A stretch of 64,000 bases of DNA from an uncultured Spirochaetota bacterium (GTDB taxonomy: Bacteria; Spirochaetota; Spirochaetia; SZUA-6; CAVTHK01): the NCBI GenBank assembly GCA_963734495.1, contig CAVTHK010000003.1, forward strand, positions 128,001 through 192,000, read 5' to 3'. Positions within the stretch are counted from its first letter, which is position 1. Each line of letters starts with the position of its first letter. Position numbers and translations under genes: made by a program. Shown here piece after piece: positions 55,402-64,000 of the stretch. Under the pieces are notes generated by a model that was given only the letters and a program-made list of their open reading frames with translations, was not told the DNA's origin and did not search any database.

Positions 55402-55437
55402 CGACGGCCGCCTGCGACGCCTCGCCGGCGGCCGTCG
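55402..55437. terminator. Hairpin downstream of rubrerythrin
   Basis: CGACGGCCGCC-N14-GGCGGCCGTCG perfect 11-bp stem; no U-tract. Confidence 0.4.
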
Positions 55438-55510
55438 AACGCCTCGAGCCAGCCTTGCGCCCTGCGCGCACGTGTCCTTCGCGGCAACAGAGCTTCGAGG
55501 TGAATAACGC

Positions 55511-55777
55511 ATGACCCGCTCACTTTACTTCACGACGGGAGCCGACGGGGCGCTGGTGGCGGCCACCACGATGGAGCACGCGGTCCTGGAGGTGCTGACC
55601 GTCCCCGACGACTATGACGACGCGGCGGCCCTGCAGATCGCGCAGAGCGTCTTCGGCTCGGGGGTGATCGAGACCCGCGCGCGCACGGGGACCCGGGGAG
55701 GGCCCGTCCGTATCACCTGGGCGGCTCTGGTGGAGAGGGGGATGGAAGCCGGCGTGCTTGGGCAGGAAGACGCCTGA
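55511..55777 (+). CDS. Small hypothetical protein (88 aa)
   Basis: GAGGTG RBS, GC3-biased codons and ordinary composition (MTRSLYFTTGADG...). Confidence 0.55.
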   Translation: MTRSLYFTTGADGALVAATTMEHAVLEVLTVPDDYDDAAALQIAQSVFGSGVIETRARTGTRGGPVRITWAALVERGMEAGVLGQEDA

Positions 55778-58700
55778 GCGGCCCGGCGGCGGGCCGGACC
55801 CCACCCTCCCGCCCATCGAGCAGGAAGCGTCCGTGCGCTTCCGTTGCCGTTCCCCTTGCCGTTGCCGATTTCCCGCCGCCTTGACGGCGTCCGCCAGCCG
55901 CTGCGCCTGAAGTAGGAACGTCTCCAGGCGCGCCTCCTCGATCTGCGTAAAGACGTTTCCGTCGAGCTCCACGAAGAGGCACGGCAGCACGTCGACGTCC
56001 TTCCTGATCTGCCCGAGCTCGATCTTCCGTCCCGCGTTCCGCGCCGCCCGTTCCTTGCCCTCGACCGTCATCTCGACGGCGGCCACCGCCTCGGTCATGC
56101 GCGCGTTCATGCACCCGAAAGGACCCACGGCGATGATGCCGCAGTACTTGCCGGCGAGATGGTGGAGGGCGGCGCCGGAGGAGAGGCCCGGCTCCCCGGT
56201 GAGCTGCAGCGGGATGAAGTGCGTGGAGTGGGCGAGGTAGGCCCTGATGTCGATGAGCTCGCGCTCGTACAGCCCGCTCCTCGCGAGGAGACGCTTGACC
56301 CTGCGCTCGTGATACAGCTGCACCAGGCCCGAGACGAGCGCCTCCAGTCTGCCGGCGAGCTTCAGCTTCGCCGTGTACAGCCCCATGCCGCGCATAAAGT
56401 CCGTGTAGCGGACCCATTCGGACACGGGGGCGTCCAGCATGACGAATCCGTGCTGCGCCAGCCGCTCGGGGATCCCCATCAGGCAGAAATGGTCCCGGCG
56501 CACGAATATCTCGCCCACCACCCCGATGTACCTGGCTTCGCGGAGCGGCGCGCGGAGCCTGATCGCGGACAGCGCCTTGACGGCTTCCCGCAGCTGCCCG
56601 TACGTGGAGCGGCGGACCGTGCCGTCAAAGGTGCCCAGGAGCTTGCGCGTTTCCGTCTCGAAGATCGCCATCGCGCGCTGCCTGTCCACCGCCAGGGCCT
56701 TGATGGCGGAGCGGACGTCGTCCAGGACGTCGAAGAGGTACAGCGCCTTGACCGCCTCCAGGCGGAACGGGACGCCCAGGCCCGCGTAGCCGTCGTCGTT
56801 CGACAGGAGAAGCATCGCGACGTCGCGCAGCCCCTGCTTCTCGATCATGGCGCGGATGAGGATCTCGTACTGGCCGACGCGGCAGCAGCCTCCGGCGTCC
56901 ACCATGATGACGAGGAGCTTCTCCGAGGGGTCGCTGCGGTGCTTGAGGTACCTGCGTATCTCCCCCAGGATGTTGATGATGGGCAGGCATTCCTTGTTCG
57001 TGGTGACGGCCCTGCCCAGGTCCAGGGCCTCCCTGTCGCAGACGGGCAGCGCCTCCGCGTTCCAGCCCATCCCGCGGAATACGGCGGCCATGCCCTCGGC
57101 GAAGAGGTCCCCCATCGAGGGGACCACGACCTTGACCCTGGGGTCTCTGACCGGGAAGCGCTCGCCGCCCGAATCGACGTAGAAAGCGCGGCCGGCGTGG
57201 TCGATCTCGGTGCGCGCCGCAGCGACGGCCGCCACCGGGTCCCTCACGGCGTCCCTGATCTTGACGTAGTTCCGCACGACGTCGAGGAACGCCTCGATCC
57301 TCGTGTTGACCCCCGCGTCGGCCGTGTGGGAGTCCACCTCGAGGGTGAGGGACGGCTTGGTCTGCATGAGGTCGCGGAAATGCGGCACCATCATGGAGTC
57401 GAGGGCGCAGAGGAAGTTGGTGAGATAGCAGCCGAAGAGCTGCGGGTGCCTCTTGACGATCCGCGCGGCCTTGATGATCTTCTGGCCCATCTCCCAGTAG
57501 GTGTCGCGGAAGTTCTCCTCCTCCTCGAGCGCGAGGAAGTCGAAGGGGATGATCTCGATGCCGCGGGACGCGAACTTGAAGGGGACCCCCTTGTTCGCCT
57601 CGTCGGTGAACGCGTTGTAGGGCCTGCCGAACAGGACCACGGCGATGCGGTCCGGGTCGGCCTCGAGCTCCGCGAGGATCCGCCTTCCCTCCGCCTTGAG
57701 CGCGGCGAAGAACTCCAGCTGCCTTTCCACCGCCAGCCCGTGCGCCCGCTTCGCCCGGGCTTCGTCGAAGCCCATCTCGCGGGCGATCTCGACGAATCGC
57801 TTCTCCTCGGCGCCGTAGCCCGTCATGAAATTGAGCGGCGGCGCGATGAGGCCGGGCGCGCCCGGGCGCGTCGCGGAGGAACGTCGCCCTCTGGTACCAC
57901 GGCTCTCCCTGAAGGAACATGCAGGTGGCCTGGTACTCGACGCGGTACTCCTCCTGCGGCGAGACGTGCATCTCCTTGATCTGGGGCATGAAGATGTAGT
58001 CCGGCTTCTTCGCGAGGAGGTCCTCGAACATGCCCAGCGCGATCTGGCCGGAGAGGCAGAAGCTGGTCATGCCCTTGTCGATGCCCGTCTGCCGCACGGT
58101 GTCCGGCATGACGATCCTGCAGCCCAGCTCCGTGAAGAAGGTCGAGTACATCGGGTAGAGGGTGTGCGTGTGGAACGAGCGGTTGATGCCGACGAGCGGA
58201 CCGGATGACGCGCAGCCCGCCGCGGGGCGGGGCGAAGAGCATCTCGGTGCGCTTCTCCACATGGTTGTACTTCGCGACTTCGTAGCGCACGTTGCCGGAT
58301 CCGGTTGTAGTACTTGTTGCAGGCGCCGCCGAAGGGGAACTTCTTCCCCGCGACGTGGATCATCGCGATCTCGCACTTGCGGTCGCAGTTCTCGGGCTGC
58401 CCCTGGCAGACGAAGCTCTTGCCGTGCTCCACTTCGCGCGCGGCGAGAGCTCGGACAGGTCGAAGCTCCCTCTGCTGCAGGAGACCCAGGGAAAGCATGT
58501 TCTTCAGCTCGAGGGCGACGCCGTACGCGCCCATCAGGCCCGGGTGAGGCGGCACCACGATCCTGCGGCCGATCATGCCCGCCATGGCGATCGGCACCGC
58601 CTTGTTGTAGCAGACGCCCCCCTGCATGAAGACCTTGGCGCCGGTGTGCCGCGAGCCGCGCACGCGGTTGGCGTAGTTGATGCAGACCGAGTACACGAGC

Positions 58701-60208
58701 CCCGCGACGATGTCTTCCTTGCCGATGCCTTCCTGGAACGCCGTGGTGATGTCGGAGGAGATGAACGCCGCGCACTGGTCGGAGAAGTTGGGCGGGCCGC
58801 TTCGCGCGGAGCGCGATGTCGGCGATCTCCTCCATCGGGACGCCGAGGGTCTCCTGCGCGGACTCCTCGAGGAAGCTCCCGGTGCCCGCCGAGCAGGCCT
58901 CGTTCATGGCGTAGTCGGAGGCGACCGAGTTCGTGAGGTAGGTGTACTTCGCGTCCTGGCCGCCGATCTCGTAGATCGTGTCCACTTCGGGGTCGAAGTG
59001 CGCCGCGGCGCGCGCGTGGGCGATGATCTCGTTGATGATGCCGTCGGTGCCCGCGTGGAGCCCCGCGATGTACCTGCCGCTTCCCGTGACGCCCACGCCG
59101 ATCACGTCCACGCCGACGTCCCCGAGCTGCTCCGCGATGGACGCGGTAGCAGTCGCGGGACGCCTTGACGGGGTCCCCGTTGGTGCGCAGGTACACCGAC
59201 TTGAGGATCTTCTCGTCCGCCGCCCGCATCAGCACGGCCTTCGTGGTCGTGGAGCCGACGTCGAGGCCCAGGATGCACTCGTCGCCCGCCCGCGGCTCCT
59301 CGAAGGGCATCTCCTTGAAGTCCACCATCGACGCGAAGTCCGAGATGGGCTTGTGGAACTCGAAGGAGGAGCCGGCGTCCCGGTAGTACTGTCCCCGCCG
59401 CCGGCAGCGCGGTCCTGCCGCGTCCTGAGGGCCCACAGCGCGGCGCCGAGCGCCTCGAAGTACGGCGCTTCCCGCGGGACGGTCACGTCGAAGCTCTCCC
59501 TGAGGAACCCGATGACCACGTCGTTGCGCGCGGTCCCCCCGACGATCAGCACCCTGCGCGCGTTGATCTTGACGAGGAGCTCCTCGATCTTCTTGGCGAT
59601 CATGCGGGCGAGCCCGGCCACGACATCCGCGACCGGCTCCGCCCTTGTTCAGGGCGTGGGTGCAGTCGGACTTGCAGAACACGGAGCAGCGGCCGGAGAG
59701 CTGGTGGGGGTGCGTCGACGTCCGCGCGAGCCTCACCGCCTCTTCGACCGAGACATTCATCCTGCCGGATCTGCTGGAGGAAGAACTCGCCGGTGCCGGA
59801 CGCGCACTTGTTGCCCGAGCCGATGCGCGACACCTTGCCCTTGGCGTCCATCTGGTAGACGAGAAAGCTCTCGGCGCCGGCCGAAACGACCGCGTCGAAG
59901 CGGGCGTCGCCGCCGGCCACGAACGCCAGCGCGTACTCGGTGGCCTCGGGCTCGGTGATGGAAGGCGTCGCGAGGAGGCGCCGGAACTTCCGCCCGGTGG
60001 CGCCGAGGTACTTCCCCTTCAGGTCGCGCCCGTCGAGGCACGCGGCGAGGACCGTCTTGGGATCGCCGTCGTGCTGTCGCTGCACGATGTCGACGACTCG
60101 CACCGACGCCTGCGCGCGACTCGATCTCGACCAGCGAGAGGGTGGAAGCGCCGAGGCACAGGCCCGACCGCGCGGGTGGCCTCTTCGTTTGTACTGCAGG
60201 TTGCCCAT
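55520..60208 (-). CDS. Large fused CoA-activase/reductase (2x BadF/BadG/BcrA/BcrD + DUF2229 + dehydratase-like), PlsA/Ger-like, copy 1 (frameshifted; true 3' end probably near 55.8 kb)
   Basis: GNKCASGTGEFF, SGRCSVFCKSDCTHALNKG, LDVGSTTTK, EIGGQDAKY, MNEACSAGTGSFLEE, FMQGGVCYN, CDRKC, GGACNKY, GRPYN, TNFLCALDS, DSHTADAGVNTRIEAF, KECLP, GCCRVGQY, VGEIFVR and PFGCM. Confidence 0.88.
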
Positions 60209-60312
60209 GGATCGCTCAATTCATACACCGGATCGACTCACCCGTGAAAGCCCCGCGGGCGTCCCCCGGGCCTTGCGTCGCGGCCCGCGGGTGTGACGAG
60301 GCATGCAGTCCC

Positions 60313-61503
60313 GTGAAGACGAACCTTTCGATCCTTCCCGTCATGCTCCGGTCGACGCCCGACTACGTCTGGCCGATCGCGAAGATGTTCGCGAAGAAGG
60401 CGCTGGCCGAGCAGATCGACTACAGGCGGGGATCGGACCGCAGCAAACGACTCGCCTTGGTCACCTTTCGCATAACTCCTCTCTGCAATCTGAGTTGCGT
60501 CATGTGCTGCCAGCGCGGCAAGACGGGCGTCCTCAAAGGCAAGTACGCGCTCGAGGAATCGAAGAAGATCGTCCCCATCCAGCGGTACAAGGACCTGGTC
60601 GACGAGCTCAAGGGAGTCGACCCCGTCTTCTACGTGTGGGGCGGCGAGCCTTTCCTCTACCCGGACTTCATGGACCTCGCGGCCTACATGGCGCGCAAGT
60701 CGAGGGCGTTCACCGTGAACACCAACGGGACCTACCTCGCCGCGAACGCCGAGCGGATCGTCCGCGACCAGTGGACGGGGGTCTACGTGTCCCTCGACGG
60801 GACCGAGGAGGTCAACGACCCCATACGCGGCAAGGGCACCTACAGGCGGGTGGAGGAGTCCTTCCGGGCCCTGAACGCCGAGAAGAAGCGGCAGGGATCG
60901 AAGCTTCCTTACCTCGGCATGGTCACGACCATCAGCAACCTGAATTACCGCCACCTGGAGGAGACGGTGCTGAACGCCCGCCAGTTCGGGCTTTCATGGC
61001 ACATGATCAACCTGGGGACGTACACCGACCAGGCGGCCGTGAGCCGGCAGCAGGCCTTTATGAAGGAGACCTTCGGCATCGAGGTCAACTCGATGCAAGG
61101 GTTCCTCAACGGCTACAACGAGGGCATCGACGGCGCCGAGTTCGCGGAGATCCTGGCAAGGGTGCAGCGGCTCGACTGCGGGCACCCCGTGATCACGGTG
61201 CCGGTGGAGCGGGCCGACCGGATCGAGAAGTACTATACCGACTTCGAGGCCTCGCCCAAGCATCACTGCATCTGCCCCTGGATACAGGTGGACATCGATT
61301 ACAACGGCGACGTGCACCTCTGCATAGACTACCCCGAGTACACGATCGGAAACATCAAGCAGGACGGGCTCCTCTCGATCTTCAACAACGAGAAGGCGGC
61401 CGCCTTCCGCCGCAAGCTCCTGGCCGCGCCCGACGGCATCTTTCCCGGCTGCAGCCGCTGCTATCAGCACATGCTGATGGGCCGGACGAACAAGCGTTTC
61501 TAG
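60313..61503 (+). CDS. Radical SAM protein with C-terminal SPASM/twitch domain
   Basis: ITPLCNLSCVMC (CxxxCxxC), WGGEPF, NTNG, VSLDG; C-terminal CICPW...DYNGDVHLC...IGNI...CSRC. Confidence 0.92.
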   Translation: MKTNLSILPVMLRSTPDYVWPIAKMFAKKALAEQIDYRRGSDRSKRLALVTFRITPLCNLSCVMCCQRGKTGVLKGKYALEESKKIVPIQRYKDLVDELKGVDPVFYVWGGEPFLYPDFMDLAAYMARKSRAFTVNTNGTYLAANAERIVRDQWTGVYVSLDGTEEVNDPIRGKGTYRRVEESFRALNAEKKRQGSKLPYLGMVTTISNLNYRHLEETVLNARQFGLSWHMINLGTYTDQAAVSRQQAFMKETFGIEVNSMQGFLNGYNEGIDGAEFAEILARVQRLDCGHPVITVPVERADRIEKYYTDFEASPKHHCICPWIQVDIDYNGDVHLCIDYPEYTIGNIKQDGLLSIFNNEKAAAFRRKLLAAPDGIFPGCSRCYQHMLMGRTNKRF

Positions 61504-61517
61504 CAGGACGGAGCGGC

Positions 61518-64000
61518 GTGGAAGCCAACAGAGGTTACGGAGTCTGCATCGGCGCCTCGACGATCAGCGCGGTGGAGATCGCGCGCGACGGCGGTGTCGA
61601 CGGCGCAGCCGGGGGCTCCGGGCGGCCGGCCCGGATCGTCAGGGTCATCCGCAAGGACCACGAGGGGAACCTCAGGGCCGCCTTCAGCGAGGTCGTGGCC
61701 GATCTCGCCGTCGACGGCGGGCCGATCCTCGTGACGGGACGCGCCTTCAGACACTCGGTCGCCATCCCGTCGATCAGCGAGCCCGAGGCGGTCGAGCACG
61801 CCCTGGAGTACCTGCGGGGCAGGCACGACAAGACCTACGACGCCGTGGTGTCCGCCGGCGGGGAGACCTTTGTCGTGTACGCCCTCGACCGGGCGCAGAA
61901 GGTCTCCGGCATATCGACCGGCAACAAGTGCGCGTCCGGGACCGGCGAGTTCTTCCTCCAGCAGATCAGGCGCATGGATCTGGGGGTCGAGCAGGCCATC
62001 GAGCGCGCGCTCACAGGGACCCCCTATGCGGTGAGCGGGCGCTGCTCGGTCTTCTGCAAGTCCGACTGCACGCACGCCCTGAACAAAGGGGTCCCGATCG
62101 CCGACGTGACCGCGGGCCTCTGCCGGATGATCGCGCAGAAGATCGTCGAGATTCTCGACAGGGTGCCCCACGAGAGCACTCTCGTGATCGGAGGCACCGC
62201 CCGCAACGCCGCCGTGGTCGAGCGCCTGAAGGCCGCCGTGCCCGGCGTCGAGGTGCCGGAGGAGGCCGCCTACTTCGAGGCGCTCGGCGCGGCCATCGCC
62301 TCGCTCGAGCAGGGAAGCGCGCTTCCCGCCGCGCTCTTCGACCAGGGGCACGCGAGCTTCTCGTTTCTGCCGCCGCTGCGCGCGGCCGAGCACCTGGTGT
62401 CCTTCAAGACCATCGAGTTCGCCGCGGCGCGGCCCGGAGATCGCTGCATCGTCGGGCTCGACGTCGGCTCCACGACGACCAAGGCGCTGCTCCTGCGCCT
62501 CAGCGACCACGCGTTTCTCGCCTCCGAGTACCTTCGCACGAACGGCAACCCGATCGAAGCCTCCCGCGCCTGCTTCGCCTCGATCCTTGCGAAGCTCGGC
62601 GGGACCGACGTCGAAATCGTCGGGATCGGCGTCACCGGCTCGGGCAGGATGATCGCGGGCCTCTATGCTCTCACCGACGGCATCATCAACGAGATCATCG
62701 CGCACGCCGCCGCGGCCGCGTACTTCGACCCCGAGGTCGACACGATCTTCGAGATCGGCGGGCAGGACGCCAAGTACACCTACCTCACGTCGACCGTCGC
62801 TTCGGATTACGCGATGAACCTGGCGTGCTCGGCCGGCACGGGCTCCTTTCTCGAGGAGTCGGCCAGGGAGTCGCTCGGCATCGCTACCGAGGAGATCGCG
62901 GAGATCGCGATGCGCGGCGAGAAGCCCCCGAGCTTCAACGACCAGTGCGCGGCGTTCATCTCATCGGACATCAAGAACGCGACGCACTCGGGGATCGGGC
63001 TCGCAGACATCGTCGCCGGGCTCGTGTACTCGATCTGCTTCAACTACATCAACCGGGTCAAGGGCGCCCGGCCGGTCGGCAGAAAGATCTTCATGCAGGG
63101 GGGCGTCTGCTACAACCGCGCGGTCCCCATCGCGATGGCCGCCCTCGTGCAGAAGCCCATCGTGGTGCCGCCGGAGCCGGGACTCATGGGCGCCTTTGGC
63201 GTCGCGCTGGAGCTCGAGAAGCGGCTCGGCCTCGGGTTGATCAAGGAGGACCGCTTCGACCTGCGCTCCATCATCGACCGCACGGTGTCGAACGAGAAGC
63301 CCTTTCCTTGCGCCGGCGGAAGAGAGAAGTGCGACCTGAAGTGCTCGATCAACCGCATCAGGGTCGCCGGCAGGGTGTTCCCCTTTGGCGGGGTGTGCAA
63401 CCGCTACTACAACCTCGGGCACCGCGCGGACGCCGCGGAGGACGCCGACGGCGTGGAGGCCGCGACGGATTACGTTTCCCTCCGCAACGACCTCATGTTC
63501 CGCAAGTACGCGCGGCAGGGGCGCGTCGACGCGCGCGCGCCCGTGATCGGGCTGCCGACGACCTTCTTCACCATGAGTCTCTTTCCCCTCTTCCACAATT
63601 TCTTCTCGTCGCTCGGGTGCCGCGTCCTGCTGCCCGACGCCGTCGAGAAGGACGCGGCCAACCACCTCGTGACCTCCATGTGCTACCCCGCGGAGATCGC
63701 GACGGGCCTCTACGAGAACCTGGCGAAGAAGAACCCGGACTGGGTGTTCCTGCCGCTCGTAAAGGAGATGTACGTCCCGGGCGGCAACCACGCTTTCGAC
63801 TACAACGCGACCTGCGGCCTGAGCATGGGAGCCGGGATCTACCTCAGGCAGGCGTTCAGGGGCAAGGAAGGATACGCGAGGATCCTCTCGCCGTTCATGA
63901 ACCTCAGGGAGGGCCTCGAGAACGGCGAGGAGGCTTTTGTCGGAGTCGGCGCCGAGCTCGGGTTCTCGCGGGAGCGAGGCCGCGAGCGCGTTCCGCGCCG
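61518..64000 (+). CDS. Large fused CoA-activase/reductase, PlsA/Ger-like, copy 2 (runs off the window edge)
   Basis: Manual translation from GTG at 61518: GVCIGASTIS, HEGN, SISEPEA, GNKCASGTGEFFLQQIRRM, SGRCSVFCKSDCTHALNKG, LDVGSTTTK, EIGGQDAKY, MNLACSAGTGSFLEE, FMQGGVCYN, CDLKC, GGVCNRY and MCYPAEIA. It starts 14 nt after the radical SAM stop. Confidence 0.9.
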   Translation, partial: MEANRGYGVCIGASTISAVEIARDGGVDGAAGGSGRPARIVRVIRKDHEGNLRAAFSEVVADLAVDGGPILVTGRAFRHSVAIPSISEPEAVEHALEYLRGRHDKTYDAVVSAGGETFVVYALDRAQKVSGISTGNKCASGTGEFFLQQIRRMDLGVEQAIERALTGTPYAVSGRCSVFCKSDCTHALNKGVPIADVTAGLCRMIAQKIVEILDRVPHESTLVIGGTARNAAVVERLKAAVPGVEVPEEAAYFEALGAAIASLEQGSALPAALFDQGHASFSFLPPLRAAEHLVSFKTIEFAAARPGDRCIVGLDVGSTTTKALLLRLSDHAFLASEYLRTNGNPIEASRACFASILAKLGGTDVEIVGIGVTGSGRMIAGLYALTDGIINEIIAHAAAAAYFDPEVDTIFEIGGQDAKYTYLTSTVASDYAMNLACSAGTGSFLEESARESLGIATEEIAEIAMRGEKPPSFNDQCAAFISSDIKNATHSGIGLADIVAGLVYSICFNYINRVKGARPVGRKIFMQGGVCYNRAVPIAMAALVQKPIVVPPEPGLMGAFGVALELEKRLGLGLIKEDRFDLRSIIDRTVSNEKPFPCAGGREKCDLKCSINRIRVAGRVFPFGGVCNRYYNLGHRADAAEDADGVEAATDYVSLRNDLMFRKYARQGRVDARAPVIGLPTTFFTMSLFPLFHNFFSSLGCRVLLPDAVEKDAANHLVTSMCYPAEIATGLYENLAKKNPDWVFLPLVKEMYVPGGNHAFDYNATCGLSMGAGIYLRQAFRGKEGYARILSPFMNLREGLENGEEAFVGVGAELGFSRERGRERVPR

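Noticed and set aside
55520-55800. Genuine antisense overlap between the activase C-terminus and the 88-aa ORF
   Set aside because: The activase homology ends near ARLETFLLQA (about 55.9 kb). The remaining tail is low-complexity read-through, probably from an indel.
60209-60312. RiPP precursor peptide for the radical SAM-SPASM enzyme
   Set aside because: There is no credible short ORF with an RBS here, and no RRE/PqqD, peptidase or dedicated transporter gene is adjacent.
55520-64000. Fold-back (inverted duplication) assembly artefact explaining the two activase genes
   Set aside because: The copies match only in conserved motifs and differ extensively elsewhere, and a unique radical SAM gene lies between them. 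They look like genuine old paralogues.

Overview
A very GC-rich (roughly 70% by eye) bacterial chromosomal segment with about 45 protein-coding genes. I found no rRNA, tRNA, CRISPR array, transposase or integrase. A TatT-type TRAP system, several lipoproteins, rubrerythrin and oxygen-sensitive radical enzymes suggest an anaerobe, possibly a free-living Spirochaetota member (inference only). Many genes are broken by single-base frameshifts, including housekeeping genes such as aroC, mutY and mgtA. These most likely reflect long-read consensus errors, so gene ends are approximate. Routine content includes a TetR/ABC unit, PPi-type phosphofructokinase, adenosine deaminase, purN, galM, two heterodimeric ABC exporters, mutY, a sulfatase, aroK/aroC, a Gld-type ABC operon, capA, mgtA, a hybrid histidine kinase, an RpiB-family isomerase and rubrerythrin. 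Two lipid-centred loci are the best candidates for undescribed systems. The first has two divergent paralogues of the large fused CoA-activase/reductase family (plasmalogen synthase PlsA / glycerol ester reductase Ger-like) bracketing a radical SAM-SPASM/twitch enzyme (55.5-64 kb). The second is a B12 radical SAM, an atypical enolase-superfamily enzyme, a V4R/GAF/HD-GYP phosphodiesterase and an LpxL-type acyltransferase (17.8-23.4 kb), flanked by a TatT-type TRAP transporter and a large protein with a degenerate GGDEF-like tail. Also notable are several apparently leaderless promoters, a 53-54 bp palindromic tandem repeat, an orphan NorQ/NorD-like chaperone pair and an mgtA-PTS IIA pairing.
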